Shown piece after piece: positions 1 to 10,450 of a stretch of DNA of 64,000 nt; position 1 is the stretch's first letter; each line of letters starts with the position of its first letter. Origin of the DNA: a virus (Duplodnaviria; Caudoviricetes); IMG/VR virus record IMGVR_UViG_3300031853_000001, positions 32,001-96,000 of that record. One strand, written 5' to 3'. The position numbers were made by a program, and so were the translations under genes. The notes below the pieces were generated by a model, which did no database searches, had not been told where the DNA came from, and saw nothing but the letters and a program-made list of their open reading frames with translations.

Positions 1-236
1 GAAGCCCAGCTTTGAGTTTCTGGGTCAAAAAAGCCAACAACAGGTGTGTTGCCTTGTGTAGCAGATTCAATAAGCTGATTCGCTACGGCTTCGGTTATAT
101 AAGAGCCATTTCTATTACCATACTTGGTAAAGACACGCACCTTTAAGCGACCGATATTTGGGTTACTTTCAGATATTCCTTGAAAGGGAGAATCAACTAT
201 TACGCTATCAAAGTAAATAGGTATTTGCTTTTCCAT
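1..236 (-). CDS. 5' part of probable prohead protease/head maturation protein (runs off window)
   Basis: ATG at 236 with GGAG SD; reads MEKQIPIYFDSV...GRLKVRVFTKYGNRNGSYIT...PVVGFFD open to position 1; immediately downstream of portal. Confidence 0.6.
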   Translation of the reverse strand, partial: MEKQIPIYFDSVIVDSPFQGISESNPNIGRLKVRVFTKYGNRNGSYITEAVANQLIESATQGNTPVVGFFDPETQSWA

Positions 237-247
237 AATTATTCTCC

Positions 248-1813
248 TTATCCTGCGGCCGCGATATTGGCCTGAGTTTTTTCAGATTTCTGTTCGTCAG
301 GGAGTTCTGGACGACCTCCCTTATTATTTAAGTCATCGCTCTTTTTAGTTATACTAGTTTTTTGTCCCGAAGAATTATTTTTTTCTTCATTAGCTACTTC
401 ACCGCCAGGAGTAGTGTATGAAGATTGTAATGGAATCATTTTCTCTGACATTTTTAAGAAATCATTTTCAAAGTCCATTAAACTAATTTGGTCGCGTTGT
501 TTAATACCCATTACGACACCCGCGAACATTTTAGAATAACCATACTGAGCAGCGCGGAAATAGTTTTGTTGAATATCTTGTCTATTAAATACAGTAGTTG
601 GTAGAATCTCAAAATCAAAAGATAAACCAGTGCGGGAAAAACGGTCATTTAGATGGAATTTAATCCAAGTTTCATACTGGTTTAGGTATGAAATCATTAA
701 AGCTTCGTCCTTTTTAATTGTGTATGCCAAAGCAGAACTACCATCAGCATTAAATAATAAAGAACTGCGGCCTAAGAAATCATAAGCATTATCTCTATAT
801 TTTTTAATTCTATCATTAGATTGAGTAGCGGCTGAATTTTCTTGTAAGCTCTCTAAATCAGTATCTCCAAAAGTAGTAAGAACATCAACTGTGTCAATAT
901 CTCCTAACATAGAAGCAACAGAAGCGTGAATTTCCGCAACTTCATCTAATTGGAATACTAATTCACCCTTGCTATCAATTGGCATTTTTTGAATTAATAA
1001 TTTATATAACTCATTTTCATCACGCTTTTCTTCGCGGCCAACTGCGTCTTCTAATTTCTTTAATTGCGGAATACTTGCAATTAGAAGGGGTGCTTGGTCG
1101 TCTATAAAGGTGAAACAAGCTCCGCCTGCCGCCGCGGGTATCATCACCCAAGGATCAATTTTTCTTTCAGCCTTTACCCAAGCAGCCCAAGCTTCTTGAA
1201 CAATTTCTGGAAAACTTTCAACTGCTTCAAGCTGCAATTCTTTATCGGGGATACTTTCAAAATAATGGAGGTTAAACTCTAATATAGGAAGATTATTAAA
1301 ATCCTTAAAACGAGTTCTACAATAGGTAAGAGGTAAATCTTGAATAACTACATCTTCCCCATTAGTTCGTAAAATACCATTATATATTCCCGTCTTTAAC
1401 CATTCTTTGGTAATATGAGTAAAGGTATTAGGAACATCTAATTTTTCTACAAAGGAACAAGCCTTGTCAAAGTCTTTTAAAATTTGAGCTTGGGAACCTT
1501 TACTAGTGAGAACTGGAATTACAACTGTATCATATAGTGGTAAAACCGCGAGAAAATCTATATTGTTTCTATAATCGCCATTAGTGCGATAATAGTAATT
1601 AGATAATTCGCGGTAGGCTTCTAATTCGCCAGAACGAATAATCGCATTAATTTCTTCTAGTGTAAAATCTTCACGAACACTACTTCTATTATTACGATAG
1701 CCCCAGCGGGAATATGCTCCATCAGTTATTGGCGCACGAGAAGCACTTCTAGCTACTTGTAGCCTAAATTTAGAAAAATCATATTTCTTTTTTGTATTGT
1801 CCAAAGTAATCAT
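248..1813 (-). CDS. phage portal protein
   Basis: 521 aa, directly after terminase large subunit, low-complexity charged C-terminal tail (GGRPELPDEQKSEKT) typical of portals; synteny-based. Confidence 0.75.
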   Translation of the reverse strand: MITLDNTKKKYDFSKFRLQVARSASRAPITDGAYSRWGYRNNRSSVREDFTLEEINAIIRSGELEAYRELSNYYYRTNGDYRNNIDFLAVLPLYDTVVIPVLTSKGSQAQILKDFDKACSFVEKLDVPNTFTHITKEWLKTGIYNGILRTNGEDVVIQDLPLTYCRTRFKDFNNLPILEFNLHYFESIPDKELQLEAVESFPEIVQEAWAAWVKAERKIDPWVMIPAAAGGACFTFIDDQAPLLIASIPQLKKLEDAVGREEKRDENELYKLLIQKMPIDSKGELVFQLDEVAEIHASVASMLGDIDTVDVLTTFGDTDLESLQENSAATQSNDRIKKYRDNAYDFLGRSSLLFNADGSSALAYTIKKDEALMISYLNQYETWIKFHLNDRFSRTGLSFDFEILPTTVFNRQDIQQNYFRAAQYGYSKMFAGVVMGIKQRDQISLMDFENDFLKMSEKMIPLQSSYTTPGGEVANEEKNNSSGQKTSITKKSDDLNNKGGRPELPDEQKSEKTQANIAAAG

Positions 1814-4800
1814 CCCCTTTTTCTAGGGCTAAAAAATGCATATTGTCCAAAATTTTTTTTCTTCGCGTTTTTAATTGCTTTATCTTCATAATACTTAACT
1901 CGGTATAAGCCATATTCAAGCGCGGAGAAACGGTCTTTATTTACCGAACGACTAATTTGTTCTATTTTAAATTGATTTTGGACACCAGTTGGTTTTAATT
2001 TTAAGTTATTTAATTCATCAACTAAACGAGAAGTCATTTCATATGGAAGTAAATAAACACGTCTATCATACAACGACATCTTCTTACCTTTTTTAGTTTG
2101 TAGTAACTTATCTTTTACAATGCGCTCATGCGCGAGTAAGGATAAAGTTCCGTTATTAAGCTGGGCAAAAAAATTTGAATGAATTGCATCATCATTAGAA
2201 GAACCTGCTTTTATATCATATATAATTGCACGATATTCAGGAATAGGTTCTTCTGATTCACTTTTCTTTTCAGGAGGTAAGTGATGATCGTTATTAAAGG
2301 CGAAGTATGCTGGAAATTGTTCTCCGGTTTTTACATCAAAAGAAGGTAAAGCCATTGCATCTAATAAACCGATACCAGGACCATTACCGTCAATAACAAT
2401 TTCTCTTGGTTCATACAATTCAATTAACTTTTTTAAACGGGGTGCTTGGTCTGAAATATAATTAGCACCGTGAATAACTTCTGTATAAACAACTTTCTTT
2501 CTAAAACCATTCAAATTAGGAATTACTTTAATTACCATAATAGCCGTGTTGGCTTCATATCTGGCAACATCACAATTATCTTCCATACAATTCGCTAGAT
2601 TGTATGCGTTTATTAAACTGCTATATGTTTCCATATAGTTGAGACTATATTTTTATCTCATAGAGATAACTCTTCTTTCGGGAATCAATCGCTTATTCCC
2701 TACTCCTTATCAGGATAGTCGTTGAACCAATCTTTCAAAATTATTTCTATATTTTTAAATTCTGTGTAAGGAATAATTAAATAATTTAATCCATGTTCTT
2801 TTGCTTCTTTTTCTTTTATTTTATCATGTTCTTGTCTTTCTTGTAAAGTATCGTGAAAAAAAGTTACTTCTTGGTAATGTTGCGCGCCCATATACTCAAT
2901 AATTAATTGATATTTTGGCAAATAAAAATCATATCTAAATTTTGAGTTTGAAGACCAAGAAAAAATCTGCTCTTCGATAAAAATTATCTTGTTATTTTTT
3001 AACCAATTAGCGATTTTTAATTCACCCTTACTTCTTTTATGGTTACATTGCGGGCAACCACAGTATCCATTATTTATTTTTTGAATAAAATTATGAGGTT
3101 TAATATTCCATATAAAACCACATTCATGTTGAATTAAGACTTTATTTTCTGTGCCGGTATAGTCATTTATTAATTTGTATTCATCTGGCAAAATAGCTTT
3201 AAAACCTAAAGTGTTTAAATTATGCTTTGAATTGCAATAAGGGCAAGTTTGATTTTTTAAGAAAGATTGTAAAGTTTTATTAAAAACTTGTTGGCATTTT
3301 TTACAAAAGATATTAACACTATATTTTTTAACTTTTTCTCGATAATCAAAACTTAAAAAATCAATCTCATTATTATTGTTACATAACTGTAAAACTTTTT
3401 CTTTATTTTCTTTATGTTTAGTTAAATTATTATTGCTATTATAACAATGACATAAAAAATTACGAGTATTAGAGCCGGCATTTAAAAAATTCTTACAACT
3501 AGAATAAGTTTTTTCTTCTCCACACATTAAACAACGAATACTAAAGGGTTTTGTCATTTGCGTATAATTTAAAATTTCAAATGGTTGATTTGGAAATCTA
3601 TTATTAATTCGTTGTTTAACTTCTTTAATAGAAATAATTTTCATAATATCACCTCAAATAGATTGGTGCTGATTGCCCTTTAATAGTACTTAGAATCACT
3701 TCATATACCTTCTTATTTTTTGTTTCTACTTTCGTAACTTAATAAATGAGGATTTTATTTATTAAGTAAAATAAGACTTTCGGGTTTCCCAGCTTTTAAA
3801 GAGTTTATTGCCCTACTATTACTAGCAGGCGGGGCAAATGTTTCACCCCTATCATATAAAAAGTATTTGGATTACTAGGATTTTCTTGTGCTTTTCGCTC
3901 GCATTTTAATAATGTTCTTCTTTTATTAATTCGCTTAGAATCAAGCCAAGCCTCTTTACTATTACCAGTCCAAATTGATAATGATTCGCGGGCGAATGAA
4001 TCTTCGCTCATAGTATTAGAGTAGCGTTGGTCCATTAGGGTTGCTTTATCTAAAAGCCCGTAATGTAGGGGGACTTCATAGGAGAGGCCCCAAACAAAAT
4101 ATTCATTTGGCCGCAAAACAGCGTTTGCCGCGCATTCAATTAATTTACCATACATAAATACCGTTTTTTCTCGCGCGGTGGTTATAAAGATTTGAGCAGA
4201 AGTTGGTTCTTCTGGGTTTAATGTTCCATCAACTTCACGACGAGCAACGTTCATTTGAGGTAGTAGAACTTCGTTGTAATCCTCTTCCTCAATTGTCGCA
4301 CATTCTTCTAAAATACCTGCAGTCGCACGAAGTCCACGGCTTGTATCCTTAGAAACAACAGTAATCATACTGCCATTGCGGAATCTTAATTCATAGTAGT
4401 TGCCGCTCTTCTTTTCACCTTGTTGGCCGCCACTTTCACGAGTTTGTAATTCATTTTTAAGTAGAGGCCAATGTCGCCAAATTTCGTTAAACTTGGCTTC
4501 GGCAATTTTAATAACTGTTCCCTTAACATCAGAAGAAATGAAGATGTTAGAGCCTGGTAATAAGACCGCCCGCACAACAGCACTTAAATAAGCTGTGAAA
4601 GATTTAGATGTTGCACGTGTAGCACATAATTTTTACATTAGGTCGTTAATCTAATGCCATTGGGCTATATGTTTCCATATAGATAAGACTATATCTTCAC
4701 TTTTATAAGTGAGCATCATTTCGATTCACTTGAATCTACGTTCAAAGAACTAGTCGTTGAGCTACTAAAAAGTTTATTTATGTAAGCTTTTATTTCTATA

Positions 4801-6092
4801 TTAGAAAAAGTATAAGGAATAATAATTAATTCAATATTATTTTTTTGGCAGTATTGCATCTTTCTTTTATCTCGTTCCTGGTATTTTTTAAATATATCTA
4901 TGTCGCGTCCGTGAAAAAAAGGATTATATTGATAATGCTGTTCTCCATTATATTCAATCGCATATTTTTTATTATTAAATTCTAGATAAAAATCAAAGCG
5001 TTGTAAAGAATTATTTAAGAATTTTTCTTTTTCAAATTGAAGATTTAAATTTTGTAATTGTTGTTCAATAATTTTGCTACCTTTGCTTTGCTTTTTACAA
5101 CATTTTGGGCAACCTGTTTTATTATAAAGAATGTGTGCAGGAGTAGTACTCCAAATAAAACCGCAACTATGTTTAAATAATGATTTATCATTAACAGTTT
5201 TAAACGGTGTTAATAAAGTATACTCATTACCGTATTCTTGTAATATTTTTTCTTTGAATTCTTTTTCAGTCCAACGATTACCATTTCCTTCACAACGGCA
5301 AGTGTTTTCTAAAAAAGAAACTAATAAATGTTTAGAAATTCTAGCGCATTTTTTGCATTTACAGGTATACCAAATTTTTCCTGTGGAATCTATATCTTTA
5401 TCTAAAATTTCATATTTTTCTTGTAATAAAATTAAATTATGTGTATTTTTTGCTCGTAGTCCATTACAATCTGAACAGCCAACTTTTTTATTTTTAGCTA
5501 AAAAATTTTTCGCTTGTGGATATAATAAAATTTTATTACAATTAAGGCATTGAATTTTTAATGGTTTACTACTAGTAGTATATTCAATAATTTTAAAATT
5601 TTCATTTGGGTAACGCTCTTTAATTCGTTTTTCAAATTCTGATTGTGAAATAGCTTTCATATAAATAAACCTCCTAATAGTTGCTGATTGCCCATTATGT
5701 AAAGTTTAGGATTTAACCTTGCTTCATCCAGACACTTATTTCTACTTTCGTTCCAAGGAGTTTGGCAGTCTGGCTTTAGGGGTTCCCAGCAGTTAAATGC
5801 TTTTTCTATACTCTTTACGAATATAGGGATTACTTTTATTAGTCCAATAGTGATAACGATAGCGCATTGAAGCACGCAAAGCAATTCGCTGATAAAAGAA
5901 TAAGTGAAAATTTTTTGCGTCATCTCGCGGCTGAATAGCATCTAGAAATAGGTCTGGATACAATAGCCAATAATTTAAATAATTAGTAAACAATTCTTGA
6001 TTCGCATCAAGATATTCCTTGGTAAGAACAACTCCTTTCTCAATTGGGATGCCATCGCGCATTTCCACTTCTTGAGTAACAAAATCAATCAT
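1810..6092 (-). CDS. terL: terminase large subunit, 3 exons: 5842-6092, 3845-4624, 1810-2572 (597 aa spliced)
   Basis: Exon lengths 251+780+763=1794 nt join in frame and restore Walker A region YWT/ATRATSKS, Walker B-like ILEECA, coupling motif FITTA, nuclease motifs YMIGV/DVAR, IVIDGNGPG and KDRFSA. Confidence 0.9.
2573..3844 (-). mobile_element. group I intron 2 in terL
   Basis: P1 GGGGU/GCCCC with U.G at splice site; Q-like GGGCAAUCAGCA; R UUCAACGACUA; S AAAAUAUAGUC; terminal G at 2573; P10 AACAUU pairs with 3' exon GAUGUU. Confidence 0.9.
2700..3644 (-). CDS. intron-encoded homing endonuclease (Cys-rich Zn-binding repeats + C-terminal Vsr/PD-(D/E)XK-like domain)
   Basis: CxxC repeats; C-term SKGE..I..RYDFYL..IEYMGAQHY..QEHD..K..IIPY; ORF end (WFNDY) overlaps intron R element. 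Confidence 0.8.
   Translation of the reverse strand: MKIISIKEVKQRINNRFPNQPFEILNYTQMTKPFSIRCLMCGEEKTYSSCKNFLNAGSNTRNFLCHCYNSNNNLTKHKENKEKVLQLCNNNNEIDFLSFDYREKVKKYSVNIFCKKCQQVFNKTLQSFLKNQTCPYCNSKHNLNTLGFKAILPDEYKLINDYTGTENKVLIQHECGFIWNIKPHNFIQKINNGYCGCPQCNHKRSKGELKIANWLKNNKIIFIEEQIFSWSSNSKFRYDFYLPKYQLIIEYMGAQHYQEVTFFHDTLQERQEHDKIKEKEAKEHGLNYLIIPYTEFKNIEIILKDWFNDYPDKE
4625..5841 (-). mobile_element. group I intron 1 in terL
   Basis: P AACUGCUGGGAA; Q GGGCAAUCAGCA; R CUCAACGACUA; S AAGAUAUAGUC; terminal G at 4625; IGS AGUAAUCC pairs across ligated exons GGAC|UGCU. Confidence 0.88.
4716..5660 (-). CDS. intron-encoded homing endonuclease, same family as 2700-3644
   Basis: CxxC repeats, HSCGFIW shared with paralog (HECGFIW); QRFDFYL..IEYNGEQHY..QERD..IIIPY. 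Confidence 0.8.
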   Translation of the reverse strand: MKAISQSEFEKRIKERYPNENFKIIEYTTSSKPLKIQCLNCNKILLYPQAKNFLAKNKKVGCSDCNGLRAKNTHNLILLQEKYEILDKDIDSTGKIWYTCKCKKCARISKHLLVSFLENTCRCEGNGNRWTEKEFKEKILQEYGNEYTLLTPFKTVNDKSLFKHSCGFIWSTTPAHILYNKTGCPKCCKKQSKGSKIIEQQLQNLNLQFEKEKFLNNSLQRFDFYLEFNNKKYAIEYNGEQHYQYNPFFHGRDIDIFKKYQERDKRKMQYCQKNNIELIIIPYTFSNIEIKAYINKLFSSSTTSSLNVDSSESK

Positions 6093-7018
6093 ATTAAATC
6101 TTGAACCAATTCTGATTCATCCTCATACTCAATATCAGCGGTTTCGTCAAACTCAACTGCTTCGTTCTCAATGGTTTCAAGCCGCTCAGTTAAGTTATAG
6201 CGTTCTCGCCTATCTTCAACTTGCTCTGCAAAATTCCCCTCATTCACAACTAAACGTTTTAAATAGTTTTGAATGTTTTGCATACAGAAATCAACGTCAT
6301 CTTTTGGCTCTGAATGCCATTTTGGATGCCAACCTTTTTTGCCATAATAAACCATTAATTCACCTACGCTTTCAAAGTCTGCGGCGTTCTTAGCATTAGT
6401 TGCTTCAAAGTGCGCGATTTTTATTATGTTGTCGCGGGCATCCATATCCTTTTTAATATCTCCTCCATCACGGAGTCCCTTTTTAATACGCAATTCAATT
6501 TCACATAAGTCGCGGGCGTAATGTTGGAGAATTGGGGTTGAAACATTTTGAGTAGCAAGTATTTGATTATAGTAATCTTCAAGAAAAAGTAATTCTTCTG
6601 CGGAATATGAAGACGACCAAATTCTTTTCAATTTGCGAACTTTCGCTTCGGAAAGGGCTTCAATTTCTTCGTCAATGGTACCTTCGTTTCGGGCAAGCCG
6701 CCATCGTTCATTTTCATCGGCCCATTGAAGAGCTTGGTAGTGCTCGTCAAGTAGGGTATTAAAGTAAGCGGTTAATGTATGGTCTTTGTGTATAGAGTAT
6801 AATTGCGTCCATTTGTTTAGGTCAAAAGGCACATCAAGCCAGCGGCAAAGTCTATCAACTTCACCCATATTATCCTGATGAACCATTAGTTCTAAACAAG
6901 ATGTACAAATTTGAGAGCGATGAGAAGGAAAGAAATTGGATGGAGTGTATTGAAACTCATGAATTGGTTTCTCCTGCTTGCACTTCAAGCATTTTCGCAT
7001 CTTTATTTCGTCTGTCAT
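6089..7018 (-). CDS. conserved phage protein upstream of terL (possible terminase small subunit), N-terminal CxxC..CxxC
   Basis: 309 aa, overlaps terL start; position-based. Confidence 0.4.
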   Translation of the reverse strand: MTDEIKMRKCLKCKQEKPIHEFQYTPSNFFPSHRSQICTSCLELMVHQDNMGEVDRLCRWLDVPFDLNKWTQLYSIHKDHTLTAYFNTLLDEHYQALQWADENERWRLARNEGTIDEEIEALSEAKVRKLKRIWSSSYSAEELLFLEDYYNQILATQNVSTPILQHYARDLCEIELRIKKGLRDGGDIKKDMDARDNIIKIAHFEATNAKNAADFESVGELMVYYGKKGWHPKWHSEPKDDVDFCMQNIQNYLKRLVVNEGNFAEQVEDRRERYNLTERLETIENEAVEFDETADIEYEDESELVQDLI

Positions 7019-8291
7019 ATGCGGACTGACCTCCTCTTGTTATTCTTTTTTGTTTTTCGCATTCTTTACAATTAGAAGCAAATTTATCTTTGCGGCTGTT
7101 ATTGGTGGCGAAAAAATAGTTGTTTCGCGGCAACCATTTTTTGCAAGTGAAACAACGTTTGCGTTCGCCCATTGGTGTGGTAAGAAGCATACGATGTTTG
7201 GTTGCAGCCGCCGCCATCTTTTCAGGTATTTCTTTGGCAAGAATGGTGCATATATGGTTCTCGTTATACTTTAAACCATATTTTTCTTGTAGTTCTTCTC
7301 GAATTTCGGTATAGGAAGCACGGTCAATTTTTCGAGTTAAAATGTATTCGCGCACTGGGGTAAAGCCGGCCATATCAAAGTAGCGGTCAAAATCGTAGAT
7401 AAGGGTGCGGCCCCAACTATCCAATTTTTCACCTAGCTCCATATAAATTGCTGAATAATTGTTTATTAATGCCTTAATGTGGGATGGGTTTTCCCAATCA
7501 AAGGTATGTTGCCTTACCACCCATTTTACTTCAATTTGTTTCGTGTTTGGATTTTCACGGGTTTCATAGTCTTCTAAATTTTTACTAATGGTGTGTAAGA
7601 GGGCATTATTTACACGTTCTTGCCATTTATCTAGCGGCATCCAATAAAAAGAATCTTCGTCCCAGTTATAGGTTTGGGCTTTTGGTGGAGTGAGGGCAAG
7701 AAAGTGCAAGGTGGGCTTGTAGGCATCTTTAAGGTAGTATTGATGGCGGCGAATATCTATAAGGGAATGCTTTAGTTGGTAAAGACGATACGAGTCATTG
7801 AAAATTTGGGTATTTTCGTCGGGTGGCAATTTGCCTTCATTTACCGCTACAATGTGGTCTAATCGGTCAATACAGTTCCAAAGGTCTTGCATTCCAGGTA
7901 TTTCGGAATCACCAGGGTCTATAAGTTCACCAGTTTTTTTGTCATATTTAGGGCGATGTATGGTGGGCTTTTTTTTGGTGTAAATGTATCTAGATTCCAG
8001 TGATTGAAGAGCTTGTTGGTCACTTAATGGATTTTCTAAAATTTCATCAAGCGATTGAACCTTATCAGCCGCGCGCTGAAAGCTATTATAGCGTTTATTA
8101 GAGTCGGTAGTTTCGCCACGTTGTATAGCGTTTTTCCCATCTTCATCTTTCCCATATAGGATGTAAGATGCCATTTGCTCCAATTCGGCATTGGTTGGTC
8201 TAGAATCCAATGTGTCTAAAATGTCTTCAACGGCGTGAAGACGGTCCCAGTCACGTTCAATAGAGTAGTCGAGTGAGTATTTCTTTTTCAT
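6957..8291 (-). CDS. hypothetical protein with C-terminal HTH-like segment and CxxC/CxxC zinc finger (possible transcription factor)
   Basis: RASYTEIREELQEKYG..HICTIL followed by CFTC...CKEC; start chosen at ATG 8291 behind GGAG. Confidence 0.45.
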   Translation of the reverse strand: MKKKYSLDYSIERDWDRLHAVEDILDTLDSRPTNAELEQMASYILYGKDEDGKNAIQRGETTDSNKRYNSFQRAADKVQSLDEILENPLSDQQALQSLESRYIYTKKKPTIHRPKYDKKTGELIDPGDSEIPGMQDLWNCIDRLDHIVAVNEGKLPPDENTQIFNDSYRLYQLKHSLIDIRRHQYYLKDAYKPTLHFLALTPPKAQTYNWDEDSFYWMPLDKWQERVNNALLHTISKNLEDYETRENPNTKQIEVKWVVRQHTFDWENPSHIKALINNYSAIYMELGEKLDSWGRTLIYDFDRYFDMAGFTPVREYILTRKIDRASYTEIREELQEKYGLKYNENHICTILAKEIPEKMAAAATKHRMLLTTPMGERKRCFTCKKWLPRNNYFFATNNSRKDKFASNCKECEKQKRITRGGQSAYDRRNKDAKMLEVQAGETNS

Positions 8292-8792
8292 ATATTGCAT
8301 CTCCGTTTGAAGATACAACTCCCTTCATTTTGTATTTTATCATATTTTGGAAGGAAAGTCAAGTATTTGATTTAATTTTTTGGCGGTTGGTGGAATTTGG
8401 GTTATAAAATAAAAAGGTTGGTGGAATTTGGGGAGGGGAGGGAGTTGTGTTGGCGAATGGGCGCAAAAATCCTGCATATAACCCCCGGTTGCGTTAAGAA
8501 ACGGTAAACTTGTGAAATAGGGCTTGTGTTTTTGCGCGCCACGTGCTATTATATTCACGTCGGGAGGGCAAGCGGACAGCCCATCCGGGCAAGCAAGAGT
8601 TCGAGAGTCCGCAGGGCATGGCCACGCATGAAGGTAACGTGGATGTACCTTGAAAATTTTACACAAGGAAAACCACTCCCGGATGGGTAGATAACAACGC
8701 GCATTAAGGACACGGCGCGTGGCCGACATGGGAATGGTAAGTACTGGAGGAAGCACACAAGACCGACAGAATATTAAGAGGAGGTTATTTCC

Positions 8793-9314
8793 ATGTTAAA
8801 TGAGAATGTTCGCATTGAGGTTAAGGGCCTCAAAGGTCGCTTTGTCCCGTTCGGTAAGACTATGCCGGACATGTTGCCTGTTGACGGCGCGCGCTATTAC
8901 TTGACTGAAATTAGCCGCGCGGACTTTGTCGCCGTTCCTGCTATTCGCAAGGGCGGGCGCGGCATGGCTACAAACGCCGGGCAGGTTTTCGTGTACATGT
9001 ACACGAAAAACGCGGTTATGTCCGCGCTTGATAAGCTTGAAGCGGGCACGCTTACTGCGTTGCGCGTTGTCGAAGGACAGGTCAAGCTTGTGAACATTGC
9101 GCTTGACAAAATCCGTCAAACGTTCGGCACTCCGGTTGCAATCTATGCAACCGACTTGCATAAGTGGGACGACATCGAGCCCGATGCAGGTTGTCCGAAC
9201 GCGCCCAAAGCCCGTGCATGGGAAAAGATTTGCGCGAATGCTTGCAATGGCCATTGGGTCGGCGCGTTGCGCGGTGTGCAGGTTGACATCATCATCAACC
9301 CGCTGGATGACTAA
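8793..9314 (+). CDS. hypothetical protein (GC-rich block)
   Basis: GAGGAGG SD, 173 aa ORF, followed by GC hairpin. Confidence 0.7.
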   Translation: MLNENVRIEVKGLKGRFVPFGKTMPDMLPVDGARYYLTEISRADFVAVPAIRKGGRGMATNAGQVFVYMYTKNAVMSALDKLEAGTLTALRVVEGQVKLVNIALDKIRQTFGTPVAIYATDLHKWDDIEPDAGCPNAPKARAWEKICANACNGHWVGALRGVQVDIIINPLDD

Positions 9315-9378
9315 ACCAACAGGGCCGGGGCGCAAGCCCCGGCCAACCAAATCAATCAATATAAGGGAGGATAAAACC

Positions 9379-9681
9379 ATGTTCAATACCATCATCATCT
9401 ATGCCCAGCTCGCACAGGACGCCGAGCAGATTCTCAAGTACGCCGAGCGCGTACTGCGCTACAACTGGAACCTTTATGGTTTCCAGCGCCTTGGCTCCGG
9501 TTATGAAGTAGTAACGACCGACGGTTTTGGCAATCCCTACGGCAGCGAGCGCGAGCTCAAATTGTTCGGAATTGCTATCAAGGTGCCGGAGCACATGGAC
9601 TACCGCACGGCAATGACCTTCTTGCGTTGCGGTGACCGCAAAGTGAACTGCTACGCTGAGTACCACTACACGAACATCTGA
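9379..9681 (+). CDS. hypothetical protein
   Basis: GGGAGG SD before ATG 9379 (MFNTIIIY...). Confidence 0.7.
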   Translation: MFNTIIIYAQLAQDAEQILKYAERVLRYNWNLYGFQRLGSGYEVVTTDGFGNPYGSERELKLFGIAIKVPEHMDYRTAMTFLRCGDRKVNCYAEYHYTNI

Positions 9682-9745
9682 CCGACAACGGGAGGGCGCA
9701 AGCCCTCCCACTCTCACCGACAGCAAAATTGAGGAGGTTTTAACA

Positions 9746-10105
9746 ATGATGCATATCTGCAATTACAACGTCACCAAGGAAAATTCCGGAGCCCTGTTTT
9801 TCGACGAAAATTTCTGCATGGCCGAGTTTTCCATGCACTTTGATGTTGACCCTGACAATTGGGACGGCGAGTTCGGTCACCTTGACATTGAGCCCATGAA
9901 GCGCAGCGCGACGCTGTACTTCTACGGCCATCCCGAGGACCTGAGCGCGAGCATTGAGACCTTCGACCTGTACGACTTCGACGGTCCGGGCAGCGAGTTG
10001 CTCGAGGCGTTCCACCGCTACAATCTGAGCGCTTTGTATCACGCCGCTGAGCGGTTTACGCTCAAGACGGTCACCAACTACCTTGAAAAAATGGAGCGGG
10101 CATAA
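9746..10105 (+). CDS. acidic hypothetical protein
   Basis: GAGGAGG SD; D/E/F-rich 119 aa. Confidence 0.7.
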   Translation: MMHICNYNVTKENSGALFFDENFCMAEFSMHFDVDPDNWDGEFGHLDIEPMKRSATLYFYGHPEDLSASIETFDLYDFDGPGSELLEAFHRYNLSALYHAAERFTLKTVTNYLEKMERA

Positions 10106-10142
10106 GCCCGCTCCATGGTCTAATGAAAAGGAGGATTTTACA

Positions 10143-10412
10143 ATGAAGGTTATTAACTGCGGACGCGTTATCTACGTCCTGACCGCCCATCACATCGCCA
10201 CTATCGTATATGACTATAACAACGGCCAACCTTCAGCGCACATCTACTATGATGGGCAGAACGGTGAGATTGTTGAAGCAATGAACGGGCAAACTTTGCG
10301 ATATGCAATACGCCTTGCCAAATGGCATGTCAAGCGCGACGAATACATCGACAAGAACCACGACCAGTGGATTGCAACCTTATTAAAACACAGCGGGCTT
10401 GCTTATCACTAA
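10143..10412 (+). CDS. hypothetical protein
   Basis: AAGGAGG SD before ATG 10143. Confidence 0.7.
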   Translation: MKVINCGRVIYVLTAHHIATIVYDYNNGQPSAHIYYDGQNGEIVEAMNGQTLRYAIRLAKWHVKRDEYIDKNHDQWIATLLKHSGLAYH

Positions 10413-10416
10413 CATA

Positions 10417-10450
10417 AAATTAACACGGCGAAAGCCGTGTTAATTTTTTA
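10417..10450 (+). terminator. intrinsic terminator closing the GC-rich block
   Basis: aattaacacggc-gaaa-gccgtgttaatt followed by T-run. Confidence 0.8.

Noticed and set aside
1810-6092. Three separate genes, inteins or frameshifts for the terminase pieces
   Set aside because: Group I core motifs and exact in-frame exon joins explain the fragments; ORF-track ends such as METYSS... and ...KHLPRLLVIVGQ are intron sequence.
6957-8291. Recombinase for the cassette array
   Set aside because: No recognisable tyrosine (R..HxxR..Y) or serine (YxRxS) recombinase motifs; the same holds for the helicase-like gene at the other end.
8340-10042. Long minus-strand ORFs (8340-8756, 8796-9398, 9352-9762, 9740-10042)
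   Set aside because: Shadow ORFs of GC-rich plus-strand genes or leader; no SD sites, whereas the plus-strand genes have strong ones.
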